From the NCBI GenBank assembly GCA_964016885.1, contig OZ024743.1, positions 190,030,001-190,094,000 on the forward strand: a stretch of DNA of 64,000 nt. The letters are read 5' to 3'. The position numbers were made by a program, and so were the translations under genes. Below, one piece after another: positions 35,001 to 49,020 of the stretch. The notes beneath the pieces were generated by a model that made no database searches, was not told the origin of the DNA, and worked only from the letters and a program-made list of their open reading frames with translations. This DNA comes from Eledone cirrhosa. Taxonomy: Eukaryota. The stretch's first letter is position 1; each line of letters opens with the position of its first letter.

Positions 35001-38000
35001 CCAAACACACAAACATCTACTGGCCTTTTGCAGAGTTTCCATCGACCAAATCCTGTCTAAAGATTTTTCCTTTGTTCTTTATATTTGCATGGTAAAGGGG
35101 TAATTATTTGCAATTGAGCCCCAAAACAAAAATTAACCACATATCAATAGCCATATAAAGGTGAAAATTTGATGATGATAATGATGATGATGATAATAAT
35201 GATCATAACGACTTTATGAAGTTATCATCAAACTAGAAACAGCATAACTGATGCCTTACATGGATAACAAGTGTATATGTCTTTTCATTTTGTGCCACTA
35301 AATTTGTGCAGAAAGCAGAGAAGGTAGAATACCATACCAGATGGAAAGGAACTAGTTATTCAGCTTTTGTACTCTGCTACAGGATCTTCCTATCTCTCAT
35401 TAGCTACTACCAAGTTGTGGTTTTTGTTGTTTATATCCTATTAATTTTGATTCAGAAAATATAATTCCATTGTTATATGGCTCATTGCTGGACACTCTAG
35501 CTATATTGTAAAATTGGGGATACATGTGCTGAGTGACAGTATAAACTTTATTGCTAGGTTAGTGACAAGCATCATGTCAATAATATTTGTTTAACAGTTG
35601 CTTAGCTGCACATAGCTTAAACATAACTATCAGCCCAATAGGCCATAAACGAACAGAATCTGTACTGATACCCATTTTCCAGTTAACAGTGAAATATTTC
35701 TAGCATTAGAAATAAGATTTTAAACTGAATACTGGATTCCATTTATTGTAAGGTTACCACTACTTTGTTCTGTCTTTATAAATATGTATGTAAGTCTATA
35801 ACCAACAACATCTCTAGTGCTGGTGCCAATCAAAATGCACTCAGTAGATCTCATTAGGTGGGGGACGATAGGGAGGGCATCTAGCTTTAAAAACCATGCC
35901 AAAAAGTACTCATAAGTTGAATCTAGGATGTAATAATCTCTCTAATATTGGTGACATGATAAACGTCCCTGGTAAAAGTAATCAATGATAGGAAGGGCAT
36001 CCAGCCTTAGAAAACCTACCAAACCTAAGAGTAAGACAACTTTTCAATTGTATTAGAAACACGTCAAACTCCCTGGTGCAGTGCCATGATCGAAAGCACT
36101 CAGTGCACTTAGTAAGTTGCAAGGATCATATTCAAAAAAGTAACACAAGAATGTATTACATTTAAGGTATTTCAAATATCACCATGTTAGAATTGACAGA
36201 TTGGTATATGGAGTCAATCAATATCAAAGCAGATTTGCAACCATACATCCCTATGAATTTACACCAATCTATAAGGAAAATATATCACTTTAATTACAAA
36301 TAAAGATATTTGGGAAGGGCAATTACTGTGTTGCTGTTTTTTTTAATTAACAGATTTATCATTTCAATTTATATAATTTCCATCTAATAAATTTTAAATA
36401 TTTTCAGGTAATGTGGGAATATAGGAACGATTGACTTTCGTCAAATTGGACTGAGGAAACAATGTTCCCATTGGTCTTTCCATTTGCTAATACTCGGTCG
36501 TAACTCCAGGTGAAATAAAGTGTCTTGCTCAATGACATAACGCATGATGAGTTCAATTTCTAGTTAAGCTAATTCCATTTCTTTACAACCTGTACTTACA
36601 TCAATTCTGATTCATCGTATGTAGTCTGAGGATGGTTAGTTTCACCCAATCAGCTTTGATGTTAATAAGGATTTAAAAGTTATATGTAATTTTACCTTTC
36701 TTTCAAGAAGATGCAAATATTTGTAAGGAAATGATATAAACCATTGAATCTACTTCAGTTAAGTATTGATACGTTTTAACCAAAGAGGGAACCTCTATGC
36801 ATTTCCTGGAAGTACTAGCTAAATTATCTTCAAATAACACCCCCTAAGAACCTTTAAAAAAGGGAAGGATATATTAGCTTATGTAATTCTAGAAAATCTA
36901 TTAAAATGGAATTCTCATGGCCTTTGGTCATAGATCTGATAATCAGAGTTGAGCTGGAAGTAAATAATAACTAGGGTGTGTTTCATCATTGGAGATAAGA
37001 TAAAATGTAAAGTTGATCCATGCAACAATTGATCATTGAATCAAATAAGAAGAAACAAAACATATAAAGATATGAATCTAGTCCAGATTTATTTTCTCAG
37101 TTATCTTCACTATCTCATTTCTATGTATATATTTTGCAACAAATTTGTTTAATAAGAAACAAACACATCATTCAAATCAAATAGAATGATAAAACATATT
37201 GATAATATTCTGTCTATGTTTTTAAAAAAACCCATTAGTGTACATCATGCTGGTGTGTTAGATTTCTTTTTTTTTTTTTTGTAGCTAGGAAGAATTGGTA
37301 AATTAAGCAAGTGGACAATCCTTCTTAAAGTGAATATTCTATGAAAGAATAATATTATACAGTTCTAAATAATTATGAAGATTGCTTGATACCCCTCACA
37401 CTCATACACACACATACACAAAGAAAACTACAAAACACATTTCGTTTGTTTTTAATTATTTTGCTTGTTTTAGTTCTTGCTCGCTTTCATTTAATTTTTT
37501 TTTTTTTTTTTTTCTTGCAAATACGATTTCCATTTTTCTCTCTTCTTTTCCAGTCTTCTTTTTCTTTCTTTCATTAATAACCATTAATTTTTCTTTTCTT
37601 CAACAACCCATTTCCACAATTAATTTACCTCTCTCTGTTTCTCACATCATAATTTATCAAATTAATACTTATATAGTTTTTTGTGTGTGAGATTACAAAT
37701 TTTCTGTAAATGGTATTTTGTGATATTTATAGATTATCTTCAGACACATTATATTGTCTCTTGTCTTTAACCTATGACATAGTCTTACTTGTTTTTTGTA
37801 AAGGAACAAAGATTTAAAACAAAACAAGATAAATGAAAATGTAGACATAACCATAAACAAGACTAATGTTTGAATGAAGTAAAACAAAATGTACTTCTGA
37901 TTTTGTGTCTGATGTTTAATTTTTTAGAAAAGTCATCTAATACTTCCTTGTTTTTATATTCAATCTTATTCCAGATATTTAATCTATATGTTCACTCAAT

Positions 38001-38273
38001 ATTTCAAATAGCTTGCACAAATCATATGTGAAGTCTTCTATAATTTTCTTGCTTATTTTATATTTCTCCCTTTTAATTACATTGGTTATTGCTTCTGTTT
38101 AGCTCTAGTCTAAGTGTGCTCCAACCATGGCCATCTCACTGTTTCTTTAGACATTATATCGAAGATTTCATAATCCCATTTGACCTGTTTTAAGTCAAGG
38201 CCAACCTTGATTAAACAAGCCCATTTATTTCATACAATGCTTCCTTCCTTTAAATGCTTTCTATAGTGATTGG

Positions 38274-38410
38274 GTGATGACAAATATAGACAAGAAAGAT
38301 GTTCGAGCTGAATGCAGAAATCTTGGTAACAAAACAAAGACAGTTGCTCATATTGTTTCAGGGAGTACGCTGTTAGCTCAGAATGATTATAAAAAGGCTG
38401 ACATGAAATT
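38274..38410 (+). pseudogene. Fragment of an RLE-type (R4/Dong/NeSL-like) non-LTR element, CCHC region
   Basis: IDKKDVRAECRNLGNKTKTVAHIVSGSTLLAQNDYKK matches the CR.C....ET..HI.SGC..LAQ.EYK.RH pattern. Confidence 0.6.
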
Positions 38411-38639
38411 CCTAGGGATGGAGATCTATCCTAATGCCTATATTTTTGATAGTGTGTACTAGATAAATATTGACTTCTGTTTAACAAGACTAAAAGAGTC
38501 GTCACTCATATAGATTTCCTCTATCCATATGGCAACTACTTTTCATAATTCATTTAGTCCATCATATAATGGTACAAGCACTAGTTAAGATGCCTTGTTC
38601 GTGCTTGTGTGTGTGTGTATGTGTGTAAGGTTTAAAAGA

Positions 38640-39223
38640 AAATGAATTGAGAGAGAGACTGAGCATAAGAGGAATCAAATGCTGTGTGCAGGAGAGGCAG
38701 TTGCGTTGGTATGGACATGTGATGCATATGAAGGATGACAGCTGCATAAAAAGGTACAGAGCACTAGAAGTCAATGGAAACCGCGGAGTGGGGAGACCCA
38801 AGAAGACCTGGGATGAGGTGATAAAAGCTGACCTTACCCAATTACACCTCTCAAAGGCGATGACACACGACCGTGACCTCTGGCGTCACTCAGTAATACA
38901 GAGTACCCAACCTCCCATGGGTACAAGCTGAAGCATATAGACAATATGCCCCACACCCTTCCACTGCAAGGTGGTCGTGGAGGTGCCATGGCAAAAAAAC
39001 ACCCAGCCCACACTGTAAAGTGGACATGTAGGCGCCACGGAAAAAGCATCCAGCACTCACTGTAAATGAGGTTGGTGTTAGGAAGGGCATCCAGCTGTAG
39101 AAATCAGTTCCTGTATGAGCAAGGCATGGTCAGCCAACCAGACACAGCCCACAACAGGACAACCCATCTAACCCATGCTAGCATAGAAGAACGGACGTAA
39201 AACGGTGATGATGATGATGATGA
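38640..39223 (+). mobile_element. RTE LINE 3' end
   Basis: LSIRGIKCCVQERQLRWYGHV...GRPKKTWDEVI, then 3' UTR and (GAT)n tail. Confidence 0.92.
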
Positions 39224-39273
39224 TATATGTGTGTGTGAGTGTATGTGTATGTATATATACATACACATACACT

Positions 39274-39323
<50 letters not shown>

Positions 39324-41162
39324 TATATGTGTGTGTGTGTGTGTATACCCTTGCTAGTAGGGAAAACGGACAGATAGTGTCTGCAGTGGGCTTGAAATGT
39401 TTACTACATTTACTTTTACCTGCTTAGTAAAATCATCTAGATCTACATTTTATACAATTTAAACAGCCTTTGTAGTTTAAATAAATTGAAATTATAATCA
39501 TGATTGTGGGGTTAATAAGAATCTGCTCTTCTATTAATCTGCTCTTCTATTTGTTTTTTCTCAGTTGTGGACTGAGAGCTCTTAGTTCAAAATTCCCCTT
39601 GACAGTCAGATCAGACAGGACATAATCTTAAACATACACACAGACACATTGTGTAAATAAGACTGTTAGTTACCTTAAATTAGACATAAATCTAAAATAA
39701 ACCAAAGCTTTTAATAAATTCAACCCTACAACTCAGATGCATATGGTATAAATATAAGAAAAAATTTCCATACGTTTGTCACATTCATATCTCAATACAC
39801 CCAGAAAATCTACCAAATACTGGTGTATACTTATTACCTAGTTTCTATCACAATGTGTGCACGCTACTCACTATGTCACTTAACTAGAATGTTCAATCAC
39901 TTCCAATTTCTGTTTGAAACCATTTAGTTGGCAATTACAGACACACACTACAAGACTTTGAATTGCATAGCTGCCAGAATCAGATAGTGTTCAATACTTA
40001 AAAGCTCATTATATTTTCATGGCTGACCTAAAATTATCTTGAAACTAAACAAACTGCTAGCATTCAGTTCATTAATTCCACCAAGGCATCAAAAATGAAC
40101 AAAATGTGTGGAACGTTAAAGGCAAAATATTTCTTCTTAATTAGTGTGAATCAAACCATAAACTGTGATACTATTAGTGATCATAATGTTATCAAAAGAC
40201 AGCAAATAAAACAGTTTAGGTTTACTATTAAACTGATGAGAGACTGAAAGGGATATCAAATGTGAGTTTACCATAATATCAAGCAGCTATGTAACTTGTA
40301 AATACCAACAAGAAACACATTAATACATAATAAAATATACTTCTTTTCTTCTTCGTTTGCATTGACCATTTAACATACTCACCAGCACACTTTATTCTAT
40401 TCAATTTGCATTCGTATCCTTTTCAGTAATTTTGAGAGTAAACCCAAGAATCAGTTTCTGTTACATAAACAAATAAATTATTACCAAAATGTAACACCAA
40501 TATGCATTGCAGTCAGTGATTTCTACTTCAATTTTACTTCAGAAATATACAAATTTCATTGCTTATTGCATATTGAAAATGTGACTTCTAAAACACACAC
40601 ACACACACATGCACACACACAAGCACACACACACACACATATATATATGAATTAAAAGTGACAAAGGTGCTGTGTGGTTACTAATAAATATTATTTAGAA
40701 AAACACAAACATAAAGGCAATTTCTGCTCTTCGGCAGGTTTTTACTATGTGTAGGCATATGTATTTTCAACAGAGAATTTATTATCATCATTATTTAAGT
40801 TTAATAGTAAGGATTTGAAACGTCATTACAGACCAAGTCAGTTCTAAAGCAGAGCTACTGCTATCTCAGTTGGGATCAGGGTTTGTGTCACACATACTTG
40901 CCCAGGCGCTACAAAGTGCATTATATTGTGGCACCAGCACTAGAGAGGCTGTCATGCTTTTGACACAGCTGAAGAATTCTTCAGCCCATTTGTTGCACAG
41001 GCTTTTTTATGGCCAGATGACTTTCCTATCAATAAGCAAATTACAGTATGTGCCAGGTGCATTTATCAAGTAAATCAGCAACACTAGGGAGATCATTGTG
41101 CCGTTGACACAAAGGAAATGTCCTTGCAACGCAATTACACATCCTATCACCAACCACTTTTA

Positions 41163-41204
<42 letters not shown>

Positions 41205-41208
<4 letters not shown>

Positions 41209-41355
41209 TCATCATTGTTTAACTTCCATCTTCCATGCTAGCATGGGTTAGACGGTTTTGTTCCATTTGATCTTGGATTGGTCAGCAGACCCGTGTCTCA
41301 CTTGTACGAAAGTGTCTCTGGCAGGTTTTCTACGGTTGGATGCCCTTCCTAACAT
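41205..41355 (-). mobile_element. RTE 3' tail remnant
   Basis: (ATC)n, CCATGCTAGCATGGGTTAGA and GGATGCCCTTCCTAAC; abuts (TA)n. Confidence 0.75.
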
Positions 41356-42291
41356 ATATGAAAAGATTCAGGACCCCGACGGCTGAGCTATATATAGATA
41401 TATGAACATACACACACATTTGTAGACACACACACGCGCACAAATATAAATACTTCTAAGTTAATACATCATCTTATTAAAGATGTAAATCCTGCCACTA
41501 AGAAACATATGTTTATATGAATAATCAAAAAATAATATAAATACTATTATTCACAAAATTGGACTCATAACAACATCAATGTGAATTATGTATTTAAACC
41601 AGATGGCAATAAATGTAACTGTAGTAACACAGAAAGAAATTCAAAATTTCAAAATGTTTCATTACCTGAAATATTCTGGTTTCTTCTCACCTATTTTGAT
41701 GGAATATTAAGAATACCACATTATGAATCTCTCTCTTAAAAGCATGGTTTGTGGACAGGAAAGGGACAGACTGGTTTCAAATATTATCACAAGACAAATG
41801 AAGCCTATGGAATTATACATTTCTTAATTCTTTCTTTCTCTTTTGATGTATAAATTTATAGTTTTTCATGAAAATTTTAAACATATGCTACATATATTGA
41901 TTATGTCTTTCATTTCGTTCCATAGTTTAGGTTGTTTAAAACATAACACTCGAATACTTGAAAACATTAAGAAGAAGAATATTACCAACTTAGTTGTATG
42001 ATTCATAGAGCTAATGAATAAAAGTTTAGATTTGTGCAATATTTATTCAGCCTAATACATTAATTGGTTAAGAAACAGATTTTCTAATATTTGTAAGAAA
42101 CGATTAAATGCTATGCTTATGTCTCTGGTATGTTGTAGTATTGAAGAAAGCTAAAAATATTGGTCATAACAGTTATATATGTGGAAATAATTGCTTTCTC
42201 AATGCATCTTCTATCATTTTATACATTCTACTGCTACTAAAACCAACTTCTTGAATTATTACCATGAAATTATTTTGCATATATATATACG

Positions 42292-42332
<41 letters not shown>

Positions 42333-42432
42333 TGTGTGTGTGCATCCTTATATACATTTATACATGTGTATGACTGCACTTAGAAACAATAGTAATAATA
42401 ATGATTAAGTGAAAAGTTAAGTTCTTTTTACT

Positions 42433-42443
42433 ATCTCTCTCTC

Positions 42444-42541
<98 letters not shown>

Positions 42542-42558
42542 TGAGTGTGTGCGTGCAA

Positions 42559-42598
<40 letters not shown>
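42433..42598. repeat. (CT)n-(TA)n compound microsatellite
   Basis: Directly visible. Confidence 0.95.
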
Positions 42599-42601
<3 letters not shown>

Positions 42602-43279
42602 GATAGTTATTTTTTCTTTTTCAATATTATTTAGAAATATACTCAAAAATATATTCAAGTGTCTAGCATTTGAAAACTCTATCATTAATATGATATTTAC
42701 TAAAGGTTGTCATCTTCTATCTTGATAATTCAGGTTTTTAACATGAAATCAAAATAATTCAAGAATATTTTTCTCCATCTCTTTTAGGCAACATAAAAAT
42801 ATGTTAGGTAGAAAAGTGTCTGGTATCTAGTTTATGGTTAGAATATAAATACATATGTAATGTCTTCTTAAAAAATTCCACATAGTGAAATTCTATAAGC
42901 TTTCCAATGCTTCTTCACTGAAATTTACTTCAGGCTGTTGAAGAGTTGTAAGTTTGGCTTCTACTTGAGAACATTCTCAGCAAAAATGTACTCTCTTCTT
43001 TTCTAAACAATATTACATAATCAGCTGTTTTCCTAAAAACATGTTTGGTCCTTTACATAGCTGTATGAAAGAAGCAGAAAGGGAGAAGAGTGGGAGAGAT
43101 GGGAGATATTGCCTGTTAATTCAATGATAATCATTTGGGTATTTTTAACTCTCTTCAGATTTGATAAATTTAAGGCCATGCTCTTAGCTGTTACACTGCA
43201 AGTAATCATGTATTTAGAAGTGGATCATTGCTACAAGAAAGAAAACCAAAGGTTCTTCTGCTGTACTTTGGCAGCTTAA

Positions 43280-43820
43280 TCATCATGATCATCACCGTTT
43301 AGCATCCATTTTCCGTATTTGTATGGCTCCAACAGGTCATTATGTTAGGAGACAACTCAGGTCAGGAGACAATGTGTTGCTTATACGGACTTGTATTTTG
43401 GCTTGGTTTCTATTGGTGGATGCCTTTCCTACCTCTAAACTCATTTACAGTGTTGACTTGGTGCTTTTTTATTCTGACACCAAAGTGACCATCTAACAGG
43501 GTACACTGGGTGGTTTTTGTCATGACACCAGCATGACGACCTTACAGGGTGGACTGTGCACTTTATTATGGTCACCAGCATATCCTTACAGGATGGACTA
43601 GCACTTTTTTGTTGTTTCACCAGCATGGCAACCTTACAGGGTGGACTGGCTGCTTTTTATCATGTTACCAGCATGACCGCCTTACAAGGGGGACTGGGTG
43701 CTCTTTTGTCATGTCACCAATATGACTACATTACTAGGTGGACTGGGTGATTTGATGTTGTATACCCAGCATGACCACCTTGCAGGGTAAACTGAGCACT
43801 TTATTTACATATCACCAGTG
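43280..43820 (-). mobile_element. RTE 3' UTR with expanded ~48-bp tandem array (~8 units)
   Basis: Tail remnant near 43280 and GGATGCCTTTCCTA. TTACAGGGTGGACTG-like units start near 43445, 43494, 43542, 43586, 43634, 43682, 43731 and 43780. Confidence 0.8.
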
Positions 43821-44986
43821 GTTGAATACATTTAATCTGTATTTGTATAACCTCCCAACAAACAGTAAGCTTTGTTCTTTCTCAGGTGTACATCAGTGAA
43901 TGAACACATCTTGACAGTGAGTGATTAAGGATATATAAGAAAGTATTGAGATCAATCATATAATGTTATACAATATAGAGTACTTTCTTAATCTCAACAG
44001 CAAATTATTTGCTGAATATCTCGTGACAATCATTGTTCTTTTATTTATGCCCAAAGTATATGACTATTAAACTTATGTATTTTAAGTTTAGTTGACAATG
44101 ATTGACCTACATCAATCTTTATTGAGCATTTGTTCACAGCAGTATATTCCAAACCCTTATGGCCTTTAAAATGTTTTTCAGTTTTCGAATGTGCTACAAG
44201 TTTCTACAGCAAGTTTATACCTTGCAGAGGTTTAGTGGTTCCTTTTCTTAACAAAATGTTCATATATATGTAGTCTCTCTGTTGAAAGAACTTAAGGACT
44301 ATATTACATTGATGAGAGCAGATTTAAACCCAAATATATGCACATAGCTTTCCTATACCCCTGAAACAAAGTGTGTCTTTTCTTAAGCAAGATAATTAAA
44401 CCATGAATTGTCTTAATCTCTTTCACAATTGCTAAGCATTCTCTGTCCAGGAAGGAAAGTTTATCAATTTGAAAAAAAATATCATGTACAGCATTCAGTT
44501 CCCTCCTCATCAATTCTACTTTACCCCCCCCCCCCCCCCCCCCCTCACACACACATAGTGAAGAATTCCTGGATTTCTCCCCTAAGCAATTAATAGGCTA
44601 CTTCCATCCTATAAATTTGCTCTAATAAGGACTGGTTGACATGCTTGAATATCAGCTTAATAACTGAACGTGTAACAGTTCATATCCCAGTACTGACATT
44701 TCATTCTGTTACTGGCTAATATATTTAATTCTGTCTTATCTAAGAATATAGACATATTGGAAAGAATGTATTAGCCAGTGTAAGCAACAAAAACTGTATA
44801 TTTGGCAATAATTTGTTTAGCTCATATTGAAAAAAAAAAGCATTGGATAAACTAAAGCAGTAGAGTGATAGACATAAGGCTTTGTAGTATCTAATTTCAT
44901 GCATGTCTGTTCTTTGCTTAAACTCTTCAAAGACAGGCTTTGTTGTTCCTCATGAAGTAAATTACCAGTCAATTACCATGGTTTAT

Positions 44987-45203
44987 TTAATCGTTTTGTA
45001 TTCACATTACTTTATATTTACTATTATATTTTCACAGAAAATGCTTCATCTCACATAATATTGAATCTATAAGATTTTGATATTTATTTTGAGAACAATA
45101 CCATAACGTCAATTTGAGCTGTTGGTTATGACCCGTTTTAACAGAAAGAGGTGAGAAAATTCTGGCCAGATATGGCCAGTTTAAATACAAAAAAATGGTT
45201 AAC
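44987..45203. mobile_element. MITE-like repeat with TTAA ends
   Basis: Reverse-complement homologue of 61811-61997; a third partial copy lies at ~47632-47800. Confidence 0.6.
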
Positions 45204-45249
45204 TGATTATCCCTTCTGCTAAAATATGTAGTTTAGTATCATTATCAAC

Positions 45250-45440
45250 CGGTCGGTGAATTGGCAGTATCGGTAGAGGGTCGGACATGCTTTCCAGCAT
45301 AGTTACGTCCCTTCACGATCTGAGTTCAAATCCCGCCGAGGTTAACCTTGCCTTTCATCCTTACGGGGTCAATAAAATAAAGTACCAGTAATGTAGTGGG
45401 TTATTGCTGGCCTTGTGCCTAAAATAGAAACAATTATTAG
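45250..45440 (+). mobile_element. SINE family A
   Basis: Near-identical to 22150-22340. Confidence 0.92.
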
Positions 45441-45452
45441 AAGTCAATGGAG

Positions 45453-45645
45453 AGGGTGGTGGATTGGCAGTATCGGTAGAGGGACGGATGCCATGCTTTA
45501 ACGCATAGAGTTACGGCCCTTGCTATTCTGAGTTCAAATACCGCGGAGGTTAACTTTGCCTTTCATTCTTATGGGGTCGATAAAATAAAGTACCAGTAAT
45601 GTACTGGGTAATTGCTGGCCTTGTGCCAAAACTAGAAACAATTAT
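45453..45645 (+). mobile_element. SINE family A inserted at the tail of the preceding copy
   Basis: Second full copy; ATTATTAGAAGTCAAT is duplicated at 45433-45448 and 45641-45656. Confidence 0.92.
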
Positions 45646-46490
45646 TAGAAGTCAATAAATAGCTTACAGTGTTATGTTCAAAGCTTGTAATAGACAACTA
45701 GAAACTACTTCAGTATTAATAATATCATAAGCAAGTAGATATATTTCACTATATATTATTACTAAAAAGTGAAAAGAAGCATTTATAAATCTGAGAATTC
45801 ATTGGATTGATGTATTTATCTTACTTGCATAGTTTATGCATTTTTGTTAATTTATATAGCTGTTCCACTTGTTATTCTTGTTATGCTCATCATCATCATC
45901 ATCATTGCTGTTGTTGTTGTTAGTCATGCTGGTCAGTGAGCACAATCTGTAAAATCCTTTAGTAATTACATCATAGCATAATAACGTTTTTTTTAAATCT
46001 TCTCATCTGAAAAGTGTTGACACCAACATTATCTTGTCATTTTCTTAGTTTTGTTAATATGAAAGGAAACAAAAAGAAGAGAAAACAGATTTTCAATGTT
46101 TTTAATCTGTCAACCTTTCTTCCAATCTTTTTTCTATTTCTTACTAATTTTATTATTATTTTTTTCTTTCTCTTAACAAACTTTTTACTCATTTCAAATG
46201 ACTTTAACACATATCATGCATTTTGCAATTCTGCTGCATATTCAAATCATGCAGTAATTTAATACTTCTTTCTTTCTTTTACATAGGTTGGTTTTACTGA
46301 AGTTCCTGCAGTATTTTACAGTGACAACAATGACATATATTAAATTAAATAAAGTTGAAAATGGTGTCAGTTTTGTAACAATAATCGGTAGATAGTTTAA
46401 ATGCTTTTTTGGTAGCAACGATACACCAATTAATCTTTCTAGTTTTAAAAGAAAGAATATTTTTTTCACATTTACACTCTATATATACTA

Positions 46491-47630
46491 CTAGCAGCAG
46501 GACTCGGTGTTGCACCGGGTAGGAAATGTGAAATAGTAACACACATGGAAAGATTGAGGAATGTAGCTGTGTACCTTTTGAATTCCCTTATTCTCAGGGA
46601 ATGATTGTTCATCTACTGGAAACGTAGAACACCAGCAAGCCGAATCCAGTAGTAGCAGTGTCAGTGTGCTGATTGAGGAAATCCTGTATGCGAAAGGAGT
46701 AAGTAAGTGTTGTGGAGGGATGTATGTCGTCTGTTCACGAATTACGTCATGGATGGGGAAACACATGTCAGTCTGAAGGAGCGACGTAGTCAATTGTGTG
46801 AAAACCAAGTAGGGATGTACGTTTAAGTAGGGATATTGAGATGACGAAATCAGCTGCAGCAGAAGGGGGTTATAGTGCAATTAGCACAAATGCTGGGCGG
46901 CACTGGTTGCACTGCGTTTACACAGCAACAAAGGTGCGATAAAAGGGATCACCACGGAATTAGCACAACCGCTGTTCGGCGTACTTGCGTAGGTTCATAC
47001 TGCGCTGTAGGTGCAACAAAAGGGGTCTTAGTAGAAGTAGCACAGACGTGAGTTTTACAGTGTCAATAACACGGCAACGTATACTGGGCCCGGATTTGCG
47101 CGTGATGAAAGCACGAAGCGTCAACAAGGCACAGACAAACATTTTAAGGTCCTCCTCCTTTCCTCAATCCTCCGAAAATGGTCCTGGTTAAAAGTAAGTA
47201 AGTGTTGTGTCCTCTGTTAAATAAACCAAATGTATAACGAAATATGATACGCTACTTACGATGTTTAAGTAGCGTTTATATTGAAAATGAAAATGGCATG
47301 TAATGCCCAATGCTAATTCGTAAATTTCCTAGAAACCATTAATGGAATAGGAAATTTATTTCATCCACAGCAATGCGAATGGACTAACTAATGTGTGCTG
47401 CAAATTTCGAGGAAATAGGCTGGATTATCTTTAATTTATGCCTAAAAAAAACCTAGAAATGCCTAAAACATGCGGTTTTTCGCCTAATGCGGGCACCAGG
47501 GCAGAAAAGGTTAAATTTTATTTAGCCCATTGCACTTCAAGAAATATAAGTAACGCATGTGTAAAGTTTGAAAAAATCGGTCGGGTACTTCTCGAGTTTT
47601 AGGGATTTACACAGACAAACATACATATAT
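46491..47630 (-). mobile_element. Non-autonomous Helitron
   Basis: Minus-strand 3' end: hairpin ACCCGGTG-CAA-CACCGAGT (46502-46520), a 7-nt spacer, then CTAG|T. The other end has AAAGTTTGAAAAAATCGGTC...ACAGACAAAC, typical of short Helitron derivatives. The 5' boundary is uncertain. Confidence 0.75.
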
Positions 47631-48119
47631 GGTAAAGGCTTTACCTTACATAATTATCTCACATAATAACAAATCTACAATATTTTAATGTTATTTATTT
47701 TGAAAATAATACCTTAACATCAGTATGAGTGATCAGTTTGAACAGAAAGAGATGAGAGAATTCTGGCCGAATATGGTCGGTTTAAAGGATGAATGATAAA
47801 CACCTGTGTTATTTTCAATCAGAGGTGATTGTGTATGCATTAACTTTTCATGGCAAAAGATAGTTTTGAGCTGACTGATATTATTAAAATACCTAAAGAT
47901 CACTAGTTGATCTTTATGTATTTTAGTTGATTTATATGCATTGTTTTATATATATATATATATATATGCATTGTTTTATATATATATATATATATATAGA
48001 TAGATAGATGGATATAGATATAGATATATAGATATATAAAAGAAATAAGATTCGCTTCAAGCATAGCTTTATAAAATATGTATAGAAATACGGTGTTAGG
48101 AAGCCGTAACTATGCAAAC

Positions 48120-48800
48120 ACCGGGGATATATATATATTAATATTGGTGCTCTGAAATAGCTATGTATACATGAATGTATGTATAGTATATTTGGAAATA
48201 TACCGTATGTTTATTTTAAAACATTTAGAAGACCATTCGCTATCAGTTTTAAAGTAGTGACTATATCACTTATTTTAATTTTCGGCAAAGGCTGGGAGAA
48301 TGGCTGACAGATGTTTCTCGCTGCTTGGCGCTTATCAAAGTCACGCACTCACCTGCTTTTGCCGAAAGTTATAGAAGCTGGATTCGTATGGAATTCAAGT
48401 AATAATCAGGAGCTGATTACACAGAGCGATCGCCGGTCCAGCAAAAATTAGGTATTAGTATTGGTGCTCTGAAATAGCTATGTATATATGGATGTATGTA
48501 TAGTATATTTAGCAATATACCGTATGTTTAATTAGAAGACCTTTCGCTATTAGTTTTAAAGTAGTGACTATATTGGAATACATACGAGATGTTTATGTAT
48601 AATAAACGTCCAGAATTATTTTTAGCCTCACTATGCGTTTTAAGTTAGCTTTGATCATGTCCTTGATATTATTAGCAAGAAACAATTTTGATCTGTCTTC
48701 AGAGAGGCTTACTCCGTTGCTGCTGAGACAAAATAAGCTGAAAGATTATAGTTCCCAGGTTATGAACATAGGCTGATGAATCTCATTTGAATACAGAGAA
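48120..48800. mobile_element. Probable PLE-derived remnant with ~120-bp direct repeat and decayed hammerhead motifs
   Basis: ~48138-48265 is repeated at ~48458-48572. Minus-strand TTGATAA...GAAAC-ATCT-GTC at ~48300-48345. Confidence 0.5.
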
Positions 48801-48854
48801 AACGCTGGCAGGCTCGAATTAAAAAAACATAGCAGGAAATGTAATGTGTACTTG

Positions 48855-48897
<43 letters not shown>

Positions 48898-49020
48898 ATG
48901 TATGTATGTATGTATGCATGTCGGGTCGTTGGCGACTAAACTGGCAACCCCACCAAGGTTTCTTGGTGAGGAGGCTGACTTTGGACATCCTGCAGGACTA
49001 AAAACAAAACCTGTCAAAGG

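Noticed and set aside
43441-43820. CRISPR-like regularly spaced repeats
   Set aside because: Whole units are degenerate tandem copies with no unique spacers, there are no cas genes, and the context is a eukaryotic LINE 3' UTR.
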